A stretch of 64,000 bases of DNA from an uncultured Acidobacteriaceae bacterium. GTDB taxonomy: Bacteria; Acidobacteriota; Terriglobia; Bryobacterales; Bryobacteraceae. A program made the translations under genes and the position numbers. The notes under the pieces were generated by a model. The model searched no databases. It was not told where the DNA came from and worked only from the letters and a program-made list of their open reading frames with translations. Positions within the stretch are counted from its first letter, which is position 1. Each line of letters opens with the position of its first letter. Where the stretch lies: assembly GCA_963730865.1 (NCBI GenBank), contig CAVSTO010000016.1:14718-78717 (forward strand). Reading direction: 5' to 3'. Shown here piece after piece: positions 53,088 to 63,653 of the stretch.

Positions 53088-53692
53088 GCGCCCGTTTGGG
53101 CATTCTTCTCTCCGGCCGGGGATCCAACTTCGAAGCGATCGCCCGCAACGTGATGGCTGGCCGGCTCGACTGCGAAATTGGGTTCGTTTTTTCAAACAAG
53201 CCTGCCGCTGCGGGCCTCCTCCGGGCCCGGGAACTCGGCCTGCCTTGCGGCTCAATTGAATCCGCCGGTGCCGATCGTGTCTCGTTTGATGCGCAAGTTG
53301 TTGATTTGCTTAAGCAGCACCGCGTCGATTGGGTTTGTTTGGCAGGATATATGCGGTTGCTCTCCGGTGGGTTCGTTTCGCAATACGCAGGCCGCACCCT
53401 GAACATCCACCCTTCGCTGCTCCCGGCCTTCCCCGGCCTCGATGCCCAGTACCAGGCCCTCGCCCACGGCGTGAAGGTCACCGGCTGCACTGTCCATCTC
53501 GTGGATGAGCATCTCGACAGCGGTCCTATCGTGTTGCAATCCGCCGTATCCGTTCTCGATAACGACACGGTCGAAAGTCTTTCCGCTCGCATCCTGATCG
53601 AGGAACATAAAATTTACTCCGAAGCGATCTCTTGGATGCTTCGAGGCAACTACCGTATAGAAGGCCGCCGCATCGTCCGAAGCGAACATTAA
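53084..53692 (+). CDS. purN: Phosphoribosylglycinamide formyltransferase
   Basis: LGILLSGRGSNFEAI, LAGYMRLL, LNIHPSLLPAFPG and GCTVHLVDEHLDSGPI are PurN signatures. The gene overlaps the purM stop by 4 nt. Confidence 0.95.
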   Translation: MSARLGILLSGRGSNFEAIARNVMAGRLDCEIGFVFSNKPAAAGLLRARELGLPCGSIESAGADRVSFDAQVVDLLKQHRVDWVCLAGYMRLLSGGFVSQYAGRTLNIHPSLLPAFPGLDAQYQALAHGVKVTGCTVHLVDEHLDSGPIVLQSAVSVLDNDTVESLSARILIEEHKIYSEAISWMLRGNYRIEGRRIVRSEH

Positions 53693-53706
53693 AAAAGACA
53701 AAAAAG

Positions 53707-55074
53707 ATGTTGAAACCTGCAATAGCCGTTGTCGTAGCCCTGATCCTGATCGTATTTGGGTTCGTTTGGTTCTCCGGCAAGCATGTCGACCTGAAACTTG
53801 CCAAAGCCGTGCCTGCCATCGGCACCGATACTCCCGTTACGGTCGAGGCTAACGACCCCCACGGAGTGAAGTCTGTTTCTGCTTCCATTGAACAGAACGG
53901 CCAGACCCAAACCGTTTACGAGGACAAAACCAAGTCGAAACAGACCAGCCGGACCTACAGCTTCTCAGCCGGCAAAAAGCAGGCGGCGTTCCTTAAGGAA
54001 GGTACTGCCAGGCTGATTATCAAAGCCAGTTCGAATGATTTCCGAGGCGATACGACCGACTTGTCGCAAGACGTTCAAGTGGTGCTGCGTCCACCCAGCA
54101 TAGTCGCCGACGGGCGCCAGCATTACATCAATCAAGGCGGTGCCGAGCTAGTCACCTTGGACCTAAGCGGCAACTGGACAGACGCCGGCGTGCGCGTCGC
54201 GCAATACACCGCCGGAACCTTCCCGATGCCCGGAGAACCCGATAACAGCAATCACCGGTTCTCGCTGTTTCCGTACCCTTGGGATGTTCCGGTCACCACC
54301 GTCCCGGTCGCATTCGCCCGAAACAGTGCCGGGACCGAGGTCACGACTACATTCTGGGTCAAAGTCTTCCCGAAGAAATTCCACTCCCGGGACATCGTCT
54401 TGACCGACAAGAACATGCAAAAGGTAGACGGAGAGCTCGACCCGGACGGCACCGGCAGCCTGGTAGATCGTTTCGTGAAGCTGAACCGGGACATGCGCAA
54501 AGCAAACGGCCAAACCATTTACGACCTCCGCACCAACACCGAAAAGCGCATTCTTTGGTCCGGACCGTTCGTTCCGTACGAGGGAACGCGCGAATCGTTC
54601 TTTGCCGATAAGCGCAGCTACATCTATAACGGAAGAAAGGTCGATGAACAGGTTCATCTCGGGTACGACCTCGCGCAAACGGCCCATTCGCCCGTGAAGG
54701 CCGCCAATTCGGGTAAGGTGATCTATGCGGATCGCCTGGGCCTGTACGGTAACTGCGTGATCATCGATCACGGCTATTCGCTCCAGAGCCTTTACGGCCA
54801 CATGAGCAAGCTCATGGTCAAAGTAGGCGAGATGGTGCAGAAAAACCAACAGATTGGAGTGAGCGGCTCAACGGGCATGGCCTTCGGTGATCACGTTCAC
54901 TTCAGCATGATGATTGCGGGTTACCAGGTGGATCCGAAGGAATGGTGGGACGAACACTGGATTCACGACCGAATCCTCAGCAAGATTGGCCCCGGTGAAG
55001 CGGGCAAGCAATCAGCTGCGGAAGCGGCGCCTGAACCGGTAGCCCGTCACCGCAAGAAAGCGCATCGCGGATAG
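53707..55074 (+). CDS. M23-family metallopeptidase (membrane-anchored)
   Basis: ATG 53707 (MLKPAIAVVVALILIVFGFVWF). The C-terminal HLGYDLA...GNCVIIDHGYSLQSLYGHMS...GSTGMAFGDHVHF is the LytM/M23 HxxxD and HxH motif set. Confidence 0.85.
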   Translation: MLKPAIAVVVALILIVFGFVWFSGKHVDLKLAKAVPAIGTDTPVTVEANDPHGVKSVSASIEQNGQTQTVYEDKTKSKQTSRTYSFSAGKKQAAFLKEGTARLIIKASSNDFRGDTTDLSQDVQVVLRPPSIVADGRQHYINQGGAELVTLDLSGNWTDAGVRVAQYTAGTFPMPGEPDNSNHRFSLFPYPWDVPVTTVPVAFARNSAGTEVTTTFWVKVFPKKFHSRDIVLTDKNMQKVDGELDPDGTGSLVDRFVKLNRDMRKANGQTIYDLRTNTEKRILWSGPFVPYEGTRESFFADKRSYIYNGRKVDEQVHLGYDLAQTAHSPVKAANSGKVIYADRLGLYGNCVIIDHGYSLQSLYGHMSKLMVKVGEMVQKNQQIGVSGSTGMAFGDHVHFSMMIAGYQVDPKEWWDEHWIHDRILSKIGPGEAGKQSAAEAAPEPVARHRKKAHRG

Positions 55075-55127
55075 AAAAGGCCCGGGGGGTAAATCCCGGA
55101 CCTTCGACTTTCCAGCTTTGTAACTGC

Positions 55128-55574
55128 TTACTTTTCGCCCGCTTCTTCTTCGCCGCCGCGCAGTTGCTTCAACCGTTCTTCCCGGCGCGTAGCGCGCTCG
55201 GCAGCTCGCTTGACCAGCTCAGAACCGACCAATTCCAGCTTGGCCGTCTCGGCTCCGTCGCCCTTCCGCCAACCTAGCTTTACGATGCGGGCGTAGCCGC
55301 CGTTGCGCTGATTGAAACGCGGACCGAGTTTTTCAAACAGCTTCTCGACAGACCCGGGTGTCAGGAGAAAGGAGGCCGCCTGACGCCGAGTGTGCAAGTT
55401 ATCTTCTTTGGCAAGCGTAATCAGCTTCTCTACTAGCGGCTTGGCTGCTTTAGCCTTCGGAACTGTGGTGGTGATGCGCTCTTCTTCGATCACATTCGTG
55501 ACCAAGCCGCGCAGCAGCGCCCTTCTGGCGCTTACGTTTCGCTTGAGCTTTACTCCAGCTTTGCGATGCCGCAT
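55128..55574 (-). CDS. rplQ: 50S ribosomal protein L17
   Basis: MRHRKAGVKLKRNVSARRALLRGLV... is the canonical L17 N-terminus. The gene follows rpoA. Confidence 0.95.
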   Translation of the reverse strand: MRHRKAGVKLKRNVSARRALLRGLVTNVIEEERITTTVPKAKAAKPLVEKLITLAKEDNLHTRRQAASFLLTPGSVEKLFEKLGPRFNQRNGGYARIVKLGWRKGDGAETAKLELVGSELVKRAAERATRREERLKQLRGGEEEAGEK

Positions 55575-55575
55575 G

Positions 55576-56610
55576 TTAGTCTTCTATCCCGGCGTAGTTG
55601 TCATTGCCGAAATCAGAGGATGAGGAAGGCGGCGGACCGCCGACTATGCGGCCCTGAGCATCGAACTTCATCCCAAAGCCAAGCCCGAGACCCTGCAGGA
55701 TCTCTTTGATCTCGTTGAGCGACTTACGTCCGAAGTTCTTCGTGCGGAGCATCTCCGATTCGCTCTTCTGCACCAGATCCCCGATGGTCTGAATGTTGGC
55801 GTTCTTGAGACAGTTGTAGGAACGGACGCTGAGTTCCAGTTCTTCGACCGAGCGGTTCAGCACTTCGTTCATCTGGCTCGCGGCGCGCTCTGCCGGTTCT
55901 TCGGCAACCTCGGGCGTTTCTTCGAAGTTGATGAAGATCGTCATGTGGTCTTTGAGCAGCTTGGAGGCTTGGCCGATCGCGTCTTGCGGCGAGATCGCAC
56001 CATTGGTCCACACTTCAACGGTCAGCTTGTCGTAATCGGTGTTCTGCCCCAGACGAGCGGCTTCCACTGTGTAATTGACCTTGCGAACAGGCGAATGAAC
56101 CGAGTCGATCGGAATGTAGCCGATGGGCAGATCCTCGTCGTAGTTGCGATCAGCGGATACATAGCCACGTCCGCTCTTGATACGCATTTCCACATTGAGA
56201 TTGCCGCCTTCACCGACCGTCGCGATGTGCAGATTGCGATCCAGCACTTCCACGTCGTTATCGGTTTCGATCTGGCTGCTCATGATCTCACCAGGAGCGT
56301 CGACCCGCAGGCGCGCAATGCGCAGCCCCTCGCCCATCATCTTGAACGGAACCTGCTTCAGGTTCAGGATGATGTCGGTGGCGTCTTCCACCACACCCGG
56401 AATCGGACTGAACTCGTGAGACACACCGTCGATGCGCACGCCGGTGATGGCGGCGCCTTCGATAGAACTTAGCAACACTCGGCGCAGACCCGTCCCGATT
56501 GTTGACCCGAATCCTCGCTCGAACGGCTGGGCCGAGAATTGACCAAAACGTTCGGTGAGCGTCTCGGTATTGGCGACTAAACGCTTTGGCTTCTGAAATC
56601 CTTTGAACAT
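55576..56610 (-). CDS. rpoA: DNA-directed RNA polymerase alpha subunit
   Basis: [34 protein letters not shown]...[24 protein letters not shown] (alpha NTD and CTD). Confidence 0.97.
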   Translation of the reverse strand: MFKGFQKPKRLVANTETLTERFGQFSAQPFERGFGSTIGTGLRRVLLSSIEGAAITGVRIDGVSHEFSPIPGVVEDATDIILNLKQVPFKMMGEGLRIARLRVDAPGEIMSSQIETDNDVEVLDRNLHIATVGEGGNLNVEMRIKSGRGYVSADRNYDEDLPIGYIPIDSVHSPVRKVNYTVEAARLGQNTDYDKLTVEVWTNGAISPQDAIGQASKLLKDHMTIFINFEETPEVAEEPAERAASQMNEVLNRSVEELELSVRSYNCLKNANIQTIGDLVQKSESEMLRTKNFGRKSLNEIKEILQGLGLGFGMKFDAQGRIVGGPPPSSSSDFGNDNYAGIED

Positions 56611-56627
56611 AATTCTTCTTTTCCGCC

Positions 56628-57260
56628 TTACTTCGAGTACAACTCGACGATGAGCTGTTCGTTTAACTGAATCTGCACCAACTCTTCACGTTTGGGTTGC
56701 TGCAAAACACGGCCGCGAAGCGCTTCGCGGTCTACTTCCAACCAGGAGGGGCTGGGGGTGTGAGCTGTGGAGTCGCGAGCAGCAAGAATAGACGCATTGT
56801 TGCGGCTGCTTTCTCGCACTTCCACCACGTCGCCTGGCGCCACAGTGAAGGATGGAATGTTGACCTTCCGGCCGTTCACGGTCATATGACCATGACGAAC
56901 AAGTTGACGGCCTTGCGCCCGGCTGGTGGCTAGCCCCATGCGGTAGAGAACGTTATCTAACCGTCTTTCGAGCATGCCGAGCATCTGCTCGCCAGTGATA
57001 CCTTTTTGATTCACGGCCTTCTCGTAAAGATTCCGGAACTGGCCTTCGAGAATGCGGTAGTAGCGGCGGGCTTTCTGCTTCTCACGAAGCTGCAAACCGT
57101 AGCCGACGATCTTCGCCTTTTTGTCTTTGCCGTGCTGGCCAGGTGCGAAGTTGCGCTTTTCAATGGCGCACTTCTCGGTATGACACCGCTCACCCTTTAA
57201 GAACAACTTCATGCCCTCGCGGCGGCAAAGCCGGCACACAGGGCCCGTATAACGTGCCAA
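56628..57260 (-). CDS. rpsD: 30S ribosomal protein S4
   Basis: TTG 57260 is preceded by GGAGG. (M)[25 protein letters not shown]... is the canonical S4 sequence. Confidence 0.95.
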   Translation of the reverse strand: MARYTGPVCRLCRREGMKLFLKGERCHTEKCAIEKRNFAPGQHGKDKKAKIVGYGLQLREKQKARRYYRILEGQFRNLYEKAVNQKGITGEQMLGMLERRLDNVLYRMGLATSRAQGRQLVRHGHMTVNGRKVNIPSFTVAPGDVVEVRESSRNNASILAARDSTAHTPSPSWLEVDREALRGRVLQQPKREELVQIQLNEQLIVELYSK

Positions 57261-57349
57261 TCTAAAAACCTCCAATTAGGTGCGGTTTACAGCCGGCAAA
57301 GGCCTTCGTCCCGCTTAAACTTCTTCAGGCGGCCATCCAGCCGCGCTCG

Positions 57350-57757
57350 TCAAACTCGCCGCTTCTTGGGCGGACGGCAGCCATTGTGCGGAATCGGGGT
57401 GACGTCCTTGATTCCGCGCACTTCGATGCCGGCCGTGGCCAGCGCACGAACCGCAGACTCGCGGCCCGAACCCGGCCCGGCGACGCGGACTTCGACGACT
57501 CGCAATCCTGTTTCCTTCGCCTTGTTGGCCGCGGTGAGCGAGGCCTGCTGGGCGGCAAACGGCGTTCCCTTACGCGATCCGCGGAAGCCGAGCGAACCGG
57601 AACTGGACCACGCGAGAACGTTCCCGAGTGGATCCGTGAACGTCACGATCGTGTTGTTGAACGATGCCTGGATATGCACCGTCCCATACGGAACGTTCTT
57701 CTTCTCTTTCTTCTTAAAACTCTTCTTCTTCGTGCTCTTTGCGGGTGCCTTGGCCAT
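57350..57757 (-). CDS. rpsK: 30S ribosomal protein S11
   Basis: [22 protein letters not shown]...[11 protein letters not shown]...[16 protein letters not shown]. Confidence 0.97.
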   Translation of the reverse strand: MAKAPAKSTKKKSFKKKEKKNVPYGTVHIQASFNNTIVTFTDPLGNVLAWSSSGSLGFRGSRKGTPFAAQQASLTAANKAKETGLRVVEVRVAGPGSGRESAVRALATAGIEVRGIKDVTPIPHNGCRPPKKRRV

Positions 57758-57777
57758 GTTGCGTTATCTCTTCTCGC

Positions 57778-58164
57778 CTACGTCTTCCCGGTTGCTTTCT
57801 TCTTGTTCGCGACCGTGCCTTTACGCGGCCCCTTACGTGTGCGCGCATTCGTATGAGTGCGCTGGCCGTGGCAGGGCAAACCGCGCCGGTGCCGCAGACC
57901 GCGGTACGAGCCCATTTCCATTAGGCGTTTGATGTTCATCGAGACTTCCTTACGCAGGTCGCCTTCGATCGCACCTTCGCCTTCAATCAAGTTGCGGAGG
58001 TGGTTGGTTTCTTCTTCCGAGAGATCGCCCACCTTCTTCTCCGGATCCACATTCGCGCGGTGGAGAAGCGACAAGGCGCGCGTGCGCCCGATGCCGTAAA
58101 TATAAGTCAGCCCGATGGCTGCACGCTTCCGTGCCGGTAAATCAATGCCTGCTATACGCGCCAT
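57778..58164 (-). CDS. rpsM: 30S ribosomal protein S13
   Basis: [26 protein letters not shown]...[28 protein letters not shown]. Confidence 0.97.
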   Translation of the reverse strand: MARIAGIDLPARKRAAIGLTYIYGIGRTRALSLLHRANVDPEKKVGDLSEEETNHLRNLIEGEGAIEGDLRKEVSMNIKRLMEMGSYRGLRHRRGLPCHGQRTHTNARTRKGPRKGTVANKKKATGKT

Positions 58165-58174
58165 GCTCTATCCT

Positions 58175-58288
58175 CTATCCCTGCCGCTGCTTATGCTTTG
58201 GATTTGTGCAGATGATACGTACTACGCCGTGGCGGTGGATCACTTTGCACTTGTCACACAATTTCTTAACTGACGCCCGTACCTTCAT
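58175..58288 (-). CDS. rpmJ: 50S ribosomal protein L36
   Basis: Not in the ORF track (37 aa). Hand translation of the minus strand gives [37 protein letters not shown], with GAGGAAAG upstream of the ATG (58288). Confidence 0.93.
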   Translation of the reverse strand: MKVRASVKKLCDKCKVIHRHGVVRIICTNPKHKQRQG

Positions 58289-58337
58289 TTGCTTTCCTCA
58301 TCGTGCACAACGGGTACCAAACACCCTGTGCACTCAG

Positions 58338-58559
58338 TCAACCTTTCGTCAAAAGCTCCAAAACTCGACCGCGCGTCCGGTCCTGAACCGAAAGTGCGAC
58401 TCGCACCCGGTCACCAACTCGCAAACGCACAAAATTTGCCCGTTGCGTGCTCGGAAGATGAGCAATCAACTGGTGCTCTCCTTCGAGTCTGACACGCACA
58501 AGCGCGCTCGGAAGCAGTTCGACGACCAATCCTTCCGCCGTTCGTTCCTCCACGAGCAA
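58338..58559 (-). CDS. infA: Translation initiation factor IF-1 (divergent sequence)
   Basis: 73 aa in the canonical map-infA-rpmJ position. S1-fold pattern EGLVVELLPSALVRVRLEGEHQLIAHL...NFVRLRVGDRVRVALSVQDRTRGRV. TTG start preceded by GAGG. Confidence 0.8.
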   Translation of the reverse strand: MLVEERTAEGLVVELLPSALVRVRLEGEHQLIAHLPSTQRANFVRLRVGDRVRVALSVQDRTRGRVLELLTKG

Positions 58560-58568
58560 TAGACCTCG

Positions 58569-59339
58569 TCACGGCCGAGACAAAACCCACGGACCGTTGT
58601 CGGTCACAGCGACCATGTGCTCGAAATGAGCCGAGTATGACCCATCCTTTGCCACCGCCGTCCACTTATCCGACAGAACCTTGGTCTCCGGCTTCCCGGC
58701 ATTCACCATGGGCTCGATTGCCAATACCATTCCAGGCTTCAGCCGGGGATTTTCACCGCGCCGGTCCACATAATTCGGAATTTGTGGTTCTTCGTGCAAC
58801 GACGTTCCAATACCGTGGCCGACAAATTCCCGTACGATCGAAAAGCCATTCGAAGTGACGTGCTTCTCAACCGTGCCGCAAACGTCGAATAACCGGTTGC
58901 CTGCCCGCACCCGGTCGATGGCCAATTCTAAACTCTCTTCCGTCACTTTGAGCAGGCGCTTCACCGAGTCATTCACTTCACCCACACCCACCGTCACGGC
59001 CGAATCGCCGTAATATCCATTCAGCAGTACGCCGGTATCGATCGATACGATATCGCCTGCCTTCAGCTTGCGCTTACCCGAGGGCATTCCGTGAACAACT
59101 TCTTCATTTACTGACGTACACAGGACAAACGGGTATTTGGTCCCGGAAGCTTGGGTGTAATATCCCTTGAACGCCGGTTTGGCTCCGGCGTCCGCGATCA
59201 TTTTTTCTGCTGCCGCCTCAAGATCCTGGGTAGTAACGCCTTCCACCACCATGGCCTTTAAGTCCTCCAGAATCCGATAGACCAACAAACCGCTGCGGCG
59301 AAGCTTCTCAAGCTCTACCGCGCTTCTTCGCACAATCAC
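58569..59339 (-). CDS. map: Type I methionyl aminopeptidase
   Basis: FKGY..FVLCTSVNEEVVHG, DIVSIDTG, GHGIG..HEEP, LAIEPM and AHFEH (metal ligands). Confidence 0.95.
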   Translation of the reverse strand: MIVRRSAVELEKLRRSGLLVYRILEDLKAMVVEGVTTQDLEAAAEKMIADAGAKPAFKGYYTQASGTKYPFVLCTSVNEEVVHGMPSGKRKLKAGDIVSIDTGVLLNGYYGDSAVTVGVGEVNDSVKRLLKVTEESLELAIDRVRAGNRLFDVCGTVEKHVTSNGFSIVREFVGHGIGTSLHEEPQIPNYVDRRGENPRLKPGMVLAIEPMVNAGKPETKVLSDKWTAVAKDGSYSAHFEHMVAVTDNGPWVLSRP

Positions 59340-60070
59340 GGCCTAACACTCACGTTTGCAACGCTTGCTCCCGTGTTGGTCAGCCCTTCCGCTGCCAGCC
59401 ATCGGCAGATCTCACTCGCGATTTGATCCGGCATGGCGTCCGAGGCCTGAATTTCAAACAACGGCACGCCAGCTTCCCGGAAAAAGTTGAGAATCGGACG
59501 CGTCTGCACCTCATATTGAGCCAGCCGCTCGCGTATTACCGACTCACGATCATCCTCACGCGTCACCAACGGCGTTCCATCCAAATCGCAAATACCCGCA
59601 ACTTTAGGAGGATTTGTCCTTAAACTGTAGAGGGTTCCACAAACGGGGCACTGCCGGCGACCACTGAGGCGAGCTACGATTTTTTCGTAGTCAACTGCTA
59701 AGTGTACCACAGCCGGCCGGTAATGAAACTTCCCCATAAACCCCAGCAAAACTCCCGCCTGGTTCAGCGTTCGCGGATAGCCGTCGAGTATGATTCCGGC
59801 ACAGCAATCGTGTTCCGCCAGGCGTTCCTCGACCAACTGATTTGCTAGCTCATCCGCGACCAGTTTGCCCGATTTCAGTAAACCGCTCGTCTTCTGCCCG
59901 ATCACGTCGCCCGCCTCGATGTGCTGTCGAAGCATGTCACCGGTCGAGATGTGCGGTCCGGCGATGCAATCGCGCAAGAGTCTGGCCTGCGTACCTTTGC
60001 CCGAACCGGGAGATCCGAACAAGATGACCGCCGGGGCTGAGGTATCAGTATTTCCCAAGATCTGGCTCAA
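59336..60070 (-). CDS. adk: Adenylate kinase
   Basis: ILFGSPGSGKGTQA (P-loop), ISTGDMLR, ILDGYPRT, and a Cys-containing lid (CPVCGTLY...ICDLDG). There is no in-frame ATG after the secY stop, so TTG 60070 (or 60058) is the likely start. The ORF-track start at 60244 lies inside secY. Confidence 0.88.
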   Translation of the reverse strand: MSQILGNTDTSAPAVILFGSPGSGKGTQARLLRDCIAGPHISTGDMLRQHIEAGDVIGQKTSGLLKSGKLVADELANQLVEERLAEHDCCAGIILDGYPRTLNQAGVLLGFMGKFHYRPAVVHLAVDYEKIVARLSGRRQCPVCGTLYSLRTNPPKVAGICDLDGTPLVTREDDRESVIRERLAQYEVQTRPILNFFREAGVPLFEIQASDAMPDQIASEICRWLAAEGLTNTGASVANVSVRP

Positions 60071-60075
60071 AGAAA

Positions 60076-61473
60076 CTAGCTTCGCCGGCCTCGCACGCGT
60101 CCCGCGCGCGGTGTGAATCCTTCGTAGTGACGCATGATCAACTGAGCTTCGATCTGGTTGACCGTATCCATCGCGACGCCAACCACAATCAAGAGAGAGG
60201 TGCCGCCGAAGAAAAAGTTCACGCCCAGCCCGTCCAGCAGCCAACGCGGAAAATGCGCATCGATGAAATTGCCGACAACCGGCAGACTCTGTAGTTTGAT
60301 GCCCGAGATCATAATCATCGGGATTAACGACAGGATCGAAAGGTAAAGCCCGCCCACCACTGTAATCTTTGAAAGAATATTGTCCATATACTCGGCGGTA
60401 TTTTTCCCCGGCCGAATACCTGGGATGAAGCCGCCGTATTTCCGCATGTTGTCAGCCGCTTCGTTCGGATTGAAGATGATGGAGACGTAGAAGAAGCAGA
60501 AGAAGACAATCAAAACGACGTAGACCAGATAATAGAGCGGCTCAGATCCGCTGAGCGCGCCCAGCATGCTACTCATCCAGCGGCTGTTCTTCACCGGTTG
60601 AAATTGCAACAGGGTCTGCGGAAAGGCAAGGAGTGAAGACGCAAAGATGATAGGAATGACACCGCCCGCATTCACTTTGAGCGGGAGGTGAGTGGATTGT
60701 CCGCCCATCATGCGGCGTCCGATCACGCGTTTTGCATACTGAACCGGGATGCGGCGCTCGCCCCGCTCCACCAGTACGATGAACGCGACCACGGCGACCA
60801 TCATGATGAGGATGATGAGCATCTGCAGTACAGGCCACTGATGCGTCACAAAGGTATTGGTGTATATGTTGCTCATGGCGTTCGGCAGGCCAACAATGAT
60901 GCCGACAAAGATAATGAGCGACATGCCGTTTCCTATGCCGCGATCCGTGATCTGCTCACCGAGCCACATGATGAACGCCGTCCCGGTGGTAAACGTCAGC
61001 GTGGTCATGAACAGGAAGGCGATCCCAGGATGGATAACGAAGTTGCCATCCGAATTCTGTAGCGTAAACGCGATGCCGATCGATTGCACCAGCGCCAGGA
61101 TGACGGTCAAGTAGCGCGTCCACTGCGTGATCTTACGCCGTCCCAGTTCACCCTCTTTTTGCAGCTTGTCCAAAGTCGGAACGACCACCGTGAGCAACTG
61201 CAAAATGATGGAAGCAGTAATGTACGGCGTAATGCCGAGCGCGAAGATGCTCATGCGCCGCAGCATTCCACCGCTAAACAAATCGAAGTAGCCTAAGAAG
61301 CCGCCGGACGCGTTCCGTGTGAAAAATTCTAGAAAGCGATTGGTGTCAATTCCGGGAGTGGGAATGTAAGCACCCACGCGATAGACAGCGAGCAGAGCGA
61401 GGGTGAAGAGTACACGTCTCCGGAGATCCGGGATGCGGAAGACGTTGGAGAGAGCTTCGAAAAACTTTGTCAT
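60076..61473 (-). CDS. secY: Preprotein translocase subunit SecY
   Basis: 465-aa polytopic protein. LRRRVLFTLALLAVYRVGAYIPTPGID...FALGITPYITASIILQLL...GRRKITQWTRY. Confidence 0.97.
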   Translation of the reverse strand: MTKFFEALSNVFRIPDLRRRVLFTLALLAVYRVGAYIPTPGIDTNRFLEFFTRNASGGFLGYFDLFSGGMLRRMSIFALGITPYITASIILQLLTVVVPTLDKLQKEGELGRRKITQWTRYLTVILALVQSIGIAFTLQNSDGNFVIHPGIAFLFMTTLTFTTGTAFIMWLGEQITDRGIGNGMSLIIFVGIIVGLPNAMSNIYTNTFVTHQWPVLQMLIILIMMVAVVAFIVLVERGERRIPVQYAKRVIGRRMMGGQSTHLPLKVNAGGVIPIIFASSLLAFPQTLLQFQPVKNSRWMSSMLGALSGSEPLYYLVYVVLIVFFCFFYVSIIFNPNEAADNMRKYGGFIPGIRPGKNTAEYMDNILSKITVVGGLYLSILSLIPMIMISGIKLQSLPVVGNFIDAHFPRWLLDGLGVNFFFGGTSLLIVVGVAMDTVNQIEAQLIMRHYEGFTPRAGRVRGRRS

Positions 61474-61514
61474 GAGGGAACCGGGGTGGTTGCGCCGGAA
61501 TCGATCCGCTAAGT

Positions 61515-61988
61515 TTACTTGGTTTCCGTTTTTTCAGCGAGCGCTGCTCGAACCAATACTTCCGCAGTGCCGCCCGCTTTTTCGATCTTGTCCAGCGCAG
61601 CTTTCGAGTATACGTGCGCTTGAACCGAGATTTTTCGGGTTAGTTCGCCGCTGCCCAGAATTTTGAGTCCGTCAAACTGTTTTTTAACGACGCCGCTCGC
61701 GACCAAAGACTCGGGCGTGAAGGTGTCACTTTCCAGCTTCTCGAGCGTACCGATGTTCACAATCGCGTATTCCTTGCGGAAGATGTTTGTGAAACCGCGC
61801 TTCGGTAGACGGCGATGGAGCGGCATCTGACCACCTTCGAAACCGCGCATCTTGCTGTAGCCGGAGATGGACTTGGCACCTTTGGCGCCGCGACCTGAAT
61901 ACTTGCCGCGCCCGGTTCCCATACCTTGGCCGAGCCGCCGCTTTTTGTGCTGTTGACCCTTGGGAGGGCGCAAACCACTGAGATTCAT
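61515..61988 (-). CDS. rplO: 50S ribosomal protein L15
   Basis: MNLSGLRPPKGQQHKKRRLGQGMGTGRGKYSGRGAKG... Confidence 0.95.
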   Translation of the reverse strand: MNLSGLRPPKGQQHKKRRLGQGMGTGRGKYSGRGAKGAKSISGYSKMRGFEGGQMPLHRRLPKRGFTNIFRKEYAIVNIGTLEKLESDTFTPESLVASGVVKKQFDGLKILGSGELTRKISVQAHVYSKAALDKIEKAGGTAEVLVRAALAEKTETK

Positions 61989-62008
61989 CTTTGAGCTCTT
62001 CTCCGACC

Positions 62009-62209
62009 TTATTTCTCGGACTTTGATTCTGTAACGATTTCGAGCAAATGCGGAACCTTCTTCACCATGCCGCGAAAACCTGGTGTGTCGGGACGTTCCA
62101 CTGTTCGATTGATCTTATGAAGCCCCAACGACTTCACGATGTTCTTGTGCTTTTGCGGCGTGCAGATGGGACTGCGCACCAGCTTGATTGTGATTTTGCC
62201 TTCGGCCAT
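62009..62209 (-). CDS. rpmD: 50S ribosomal protein L30
   Basis: ITIKLVRSPICTPQKHKNIVKSLGLHKINRTV. Confidence 0.93.
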   Translation of the reverse strand: MAEGKITIKLVRSPICTPQKHKNIVKSLGLHKINRTVERPDTPGFRGMVKKVPHLLEIVTESKSEK

Positions 62210-62210
62210 A

Positions 62211-62726
62211 CTACAACCTCTCCACGGGCAGACCGCGCATTTCGGCGATCGCGGTCTTGTCGCAAAGCTGTTCGAGGGCCGCGATGGTAGCTTTCACGAC
62301 ATTATGCGCGTTGTGAGAACCGATGGACTTTGTGAGTACATTCGGAATGCCGACCGCCTGAATCACGGCACGCACCGGACCGCCGGCGATTACGCCGGTG
62401 CCTTCCGGAGCCGGCTTCAACAATACGAGCCCGCTTCCGAAGCGGCCCAATACGGGATGACGGATGGTGGTTTCAAGAACGTGCACTTTACGGAGGTTCT
62501 TCTTGGCCGCTTCGATCCCTTTCTTGATTGCCGAGGGAACTTCTTTCGCCTTTCCGGTTCCGTAACCCACCACTTTTGCATTGGGGTCGCCAACCACGAC
62601 AAGCGCCGAAAAGCTCATGTTTTTACCGCCCTTCACCACTTTGGTGACGCGGTTGATGCTCACAACCTGTTCTTTCAGATTCAGGTTCTGAGTGTCGACG
62701 CGCTTGCTGTTACTGTTCGATTTCAT
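62211..62726 (-). CDS. rpsE: 30S ribosomal protein S5
   Basis: [27 protein letters not shown]...[14 protein letters not shown]...[13 protein letters not shown]. Confidence 0.97.
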   Translation of the reverse strand: MKSNSNSKRVDTQNLNLKEQVVSINRVTKVVKGGKNMSFSALVVVGDPNAKVVGYGTGKAKEVPSAIKKGIEAAKKNLRKVHVLETTIRHPVLGRFGSGLVLLKPAPEGTGVIAGGPVRAVIQAVGIPNVLTKSIGSHNAHNVVKATIAALEQLCDKTAIAEMRGLPVERL

Positions 62727-62731
62727 CGATT

Positions 62732-63088
62732 CTAAAACTCCAGTCCCGCTTCGCGAGCCGCGTCCGCAAGCGCTTTGACGCGCCCATGATAAAGGTAACC
62801 GCCACGGTCGAAGACTACCTTTGTAATGCCTTTGTCTTTGGCGCGTTGCGCCACGGCTTTGCCGATTGTCTTAGCGCCTTCGACATTGCCGCCCTTGCCG
62901 GCAAGATCTTTCTCGACGGAGGCAGCCGACACAAGCGTATGTCCCTGCTGGTCGTCGATCACCTGCGCATAGATGTGGTTGACGCTGCGAAACACCGCCA
63001 AGCGTGGCCGTTCAGGTGTACCCGCCACCCGGCTGCGAATGCGCTTGTGGATGCGATCGCGAATTTCTTTTCGTGAATCCCGCGCCAT
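62732..63088 (-). CDS. rplR: 50S ribosomal protein L18
   Basis: [31 protein letters not shown]...[28 protein letters not shown]. Confidence 0.96.
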   Translation of the reverse strand: MARDSRKEIRDRIHKRIRSRVAGTPERPRLAVFRSVNHIYAQVIDDQQGHTLVSAASVEKDLAGKGGNVEGAKTIGKAVAQRAKDKGITKVVFDRGGYLYHGRVKALADAAREAGLEF

Positions 63089-63624
63089 TACTTGCCTCCT
63101 GCGCCGGTCTTACCGGCCTTCTTACGCAGCGCTTCGCCGGTGTAGCGAACGCCTTTGTTCTTGTATGGATCCGGCGGACGCAGGGCGCGAATTTGCGCCG
63201 CCACCTGGCCGACCACTTGCCGGTCGTAACCGCTCAGCACCAGATGAGTCTGCTTATCTATTTTGAGATCGACCCCGGTCGGCATAATCACTTCGATCGG
63301 GTGAGAGTAACCCAGCGTGAAGGTCGCCACTTTGCCCTTCACGTCCGCGCGATAGCCGGTGCCAACGATATCCAGCTCGCGCGTCCATCCGGTAGAAACG
63401 CCGGTGATGGCATTCGCCGCCAGTGCGCGCGTTAAACCATGCAATGCGGCGAGCTTATCGTTATCGCGGACGAATTCGACAGTGCTGTCTTTCTGCTCGA
63501 TGCGAATGCCGGCTGGAATCGGAACCGTGAGTTTGCCCTTGGGACCTTCCACGTGCAGCTGGTCGCCAACGTTAATCTTCACGCCCTTCGGCAGCGGGAT
63601 CGGTTTTTTTCCTACTCTTGACAT
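63088..63624 (-). CDS. rplF: 50S ribosomal protein L6
   Basis: [19 protein letters not shown]...GYRADVKGK...LGYSHPIEV...[12 protein letters not shown]. Confidence 0.96.
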   Translation of the reverse strand: MSRVGKKPIPLPKGVKINVGDQLHVEGPKGKLTVPIPAGIRIEQKDSTVEFVRDNDKLAALHGLTRALAANAITGVSTGWTRELDIVGTGYRADVKGKVATFTLGYSHPIEVIMPTGVDLKIDKQTHLVLSGYDRQVVGQVAAQIRALRPPDPYKNKGVRYTGEALRKKAGKTGAGGK

Positions 63625-63653
63625 GATTTACTCTTGAAGTGGATTTCCGTTCC

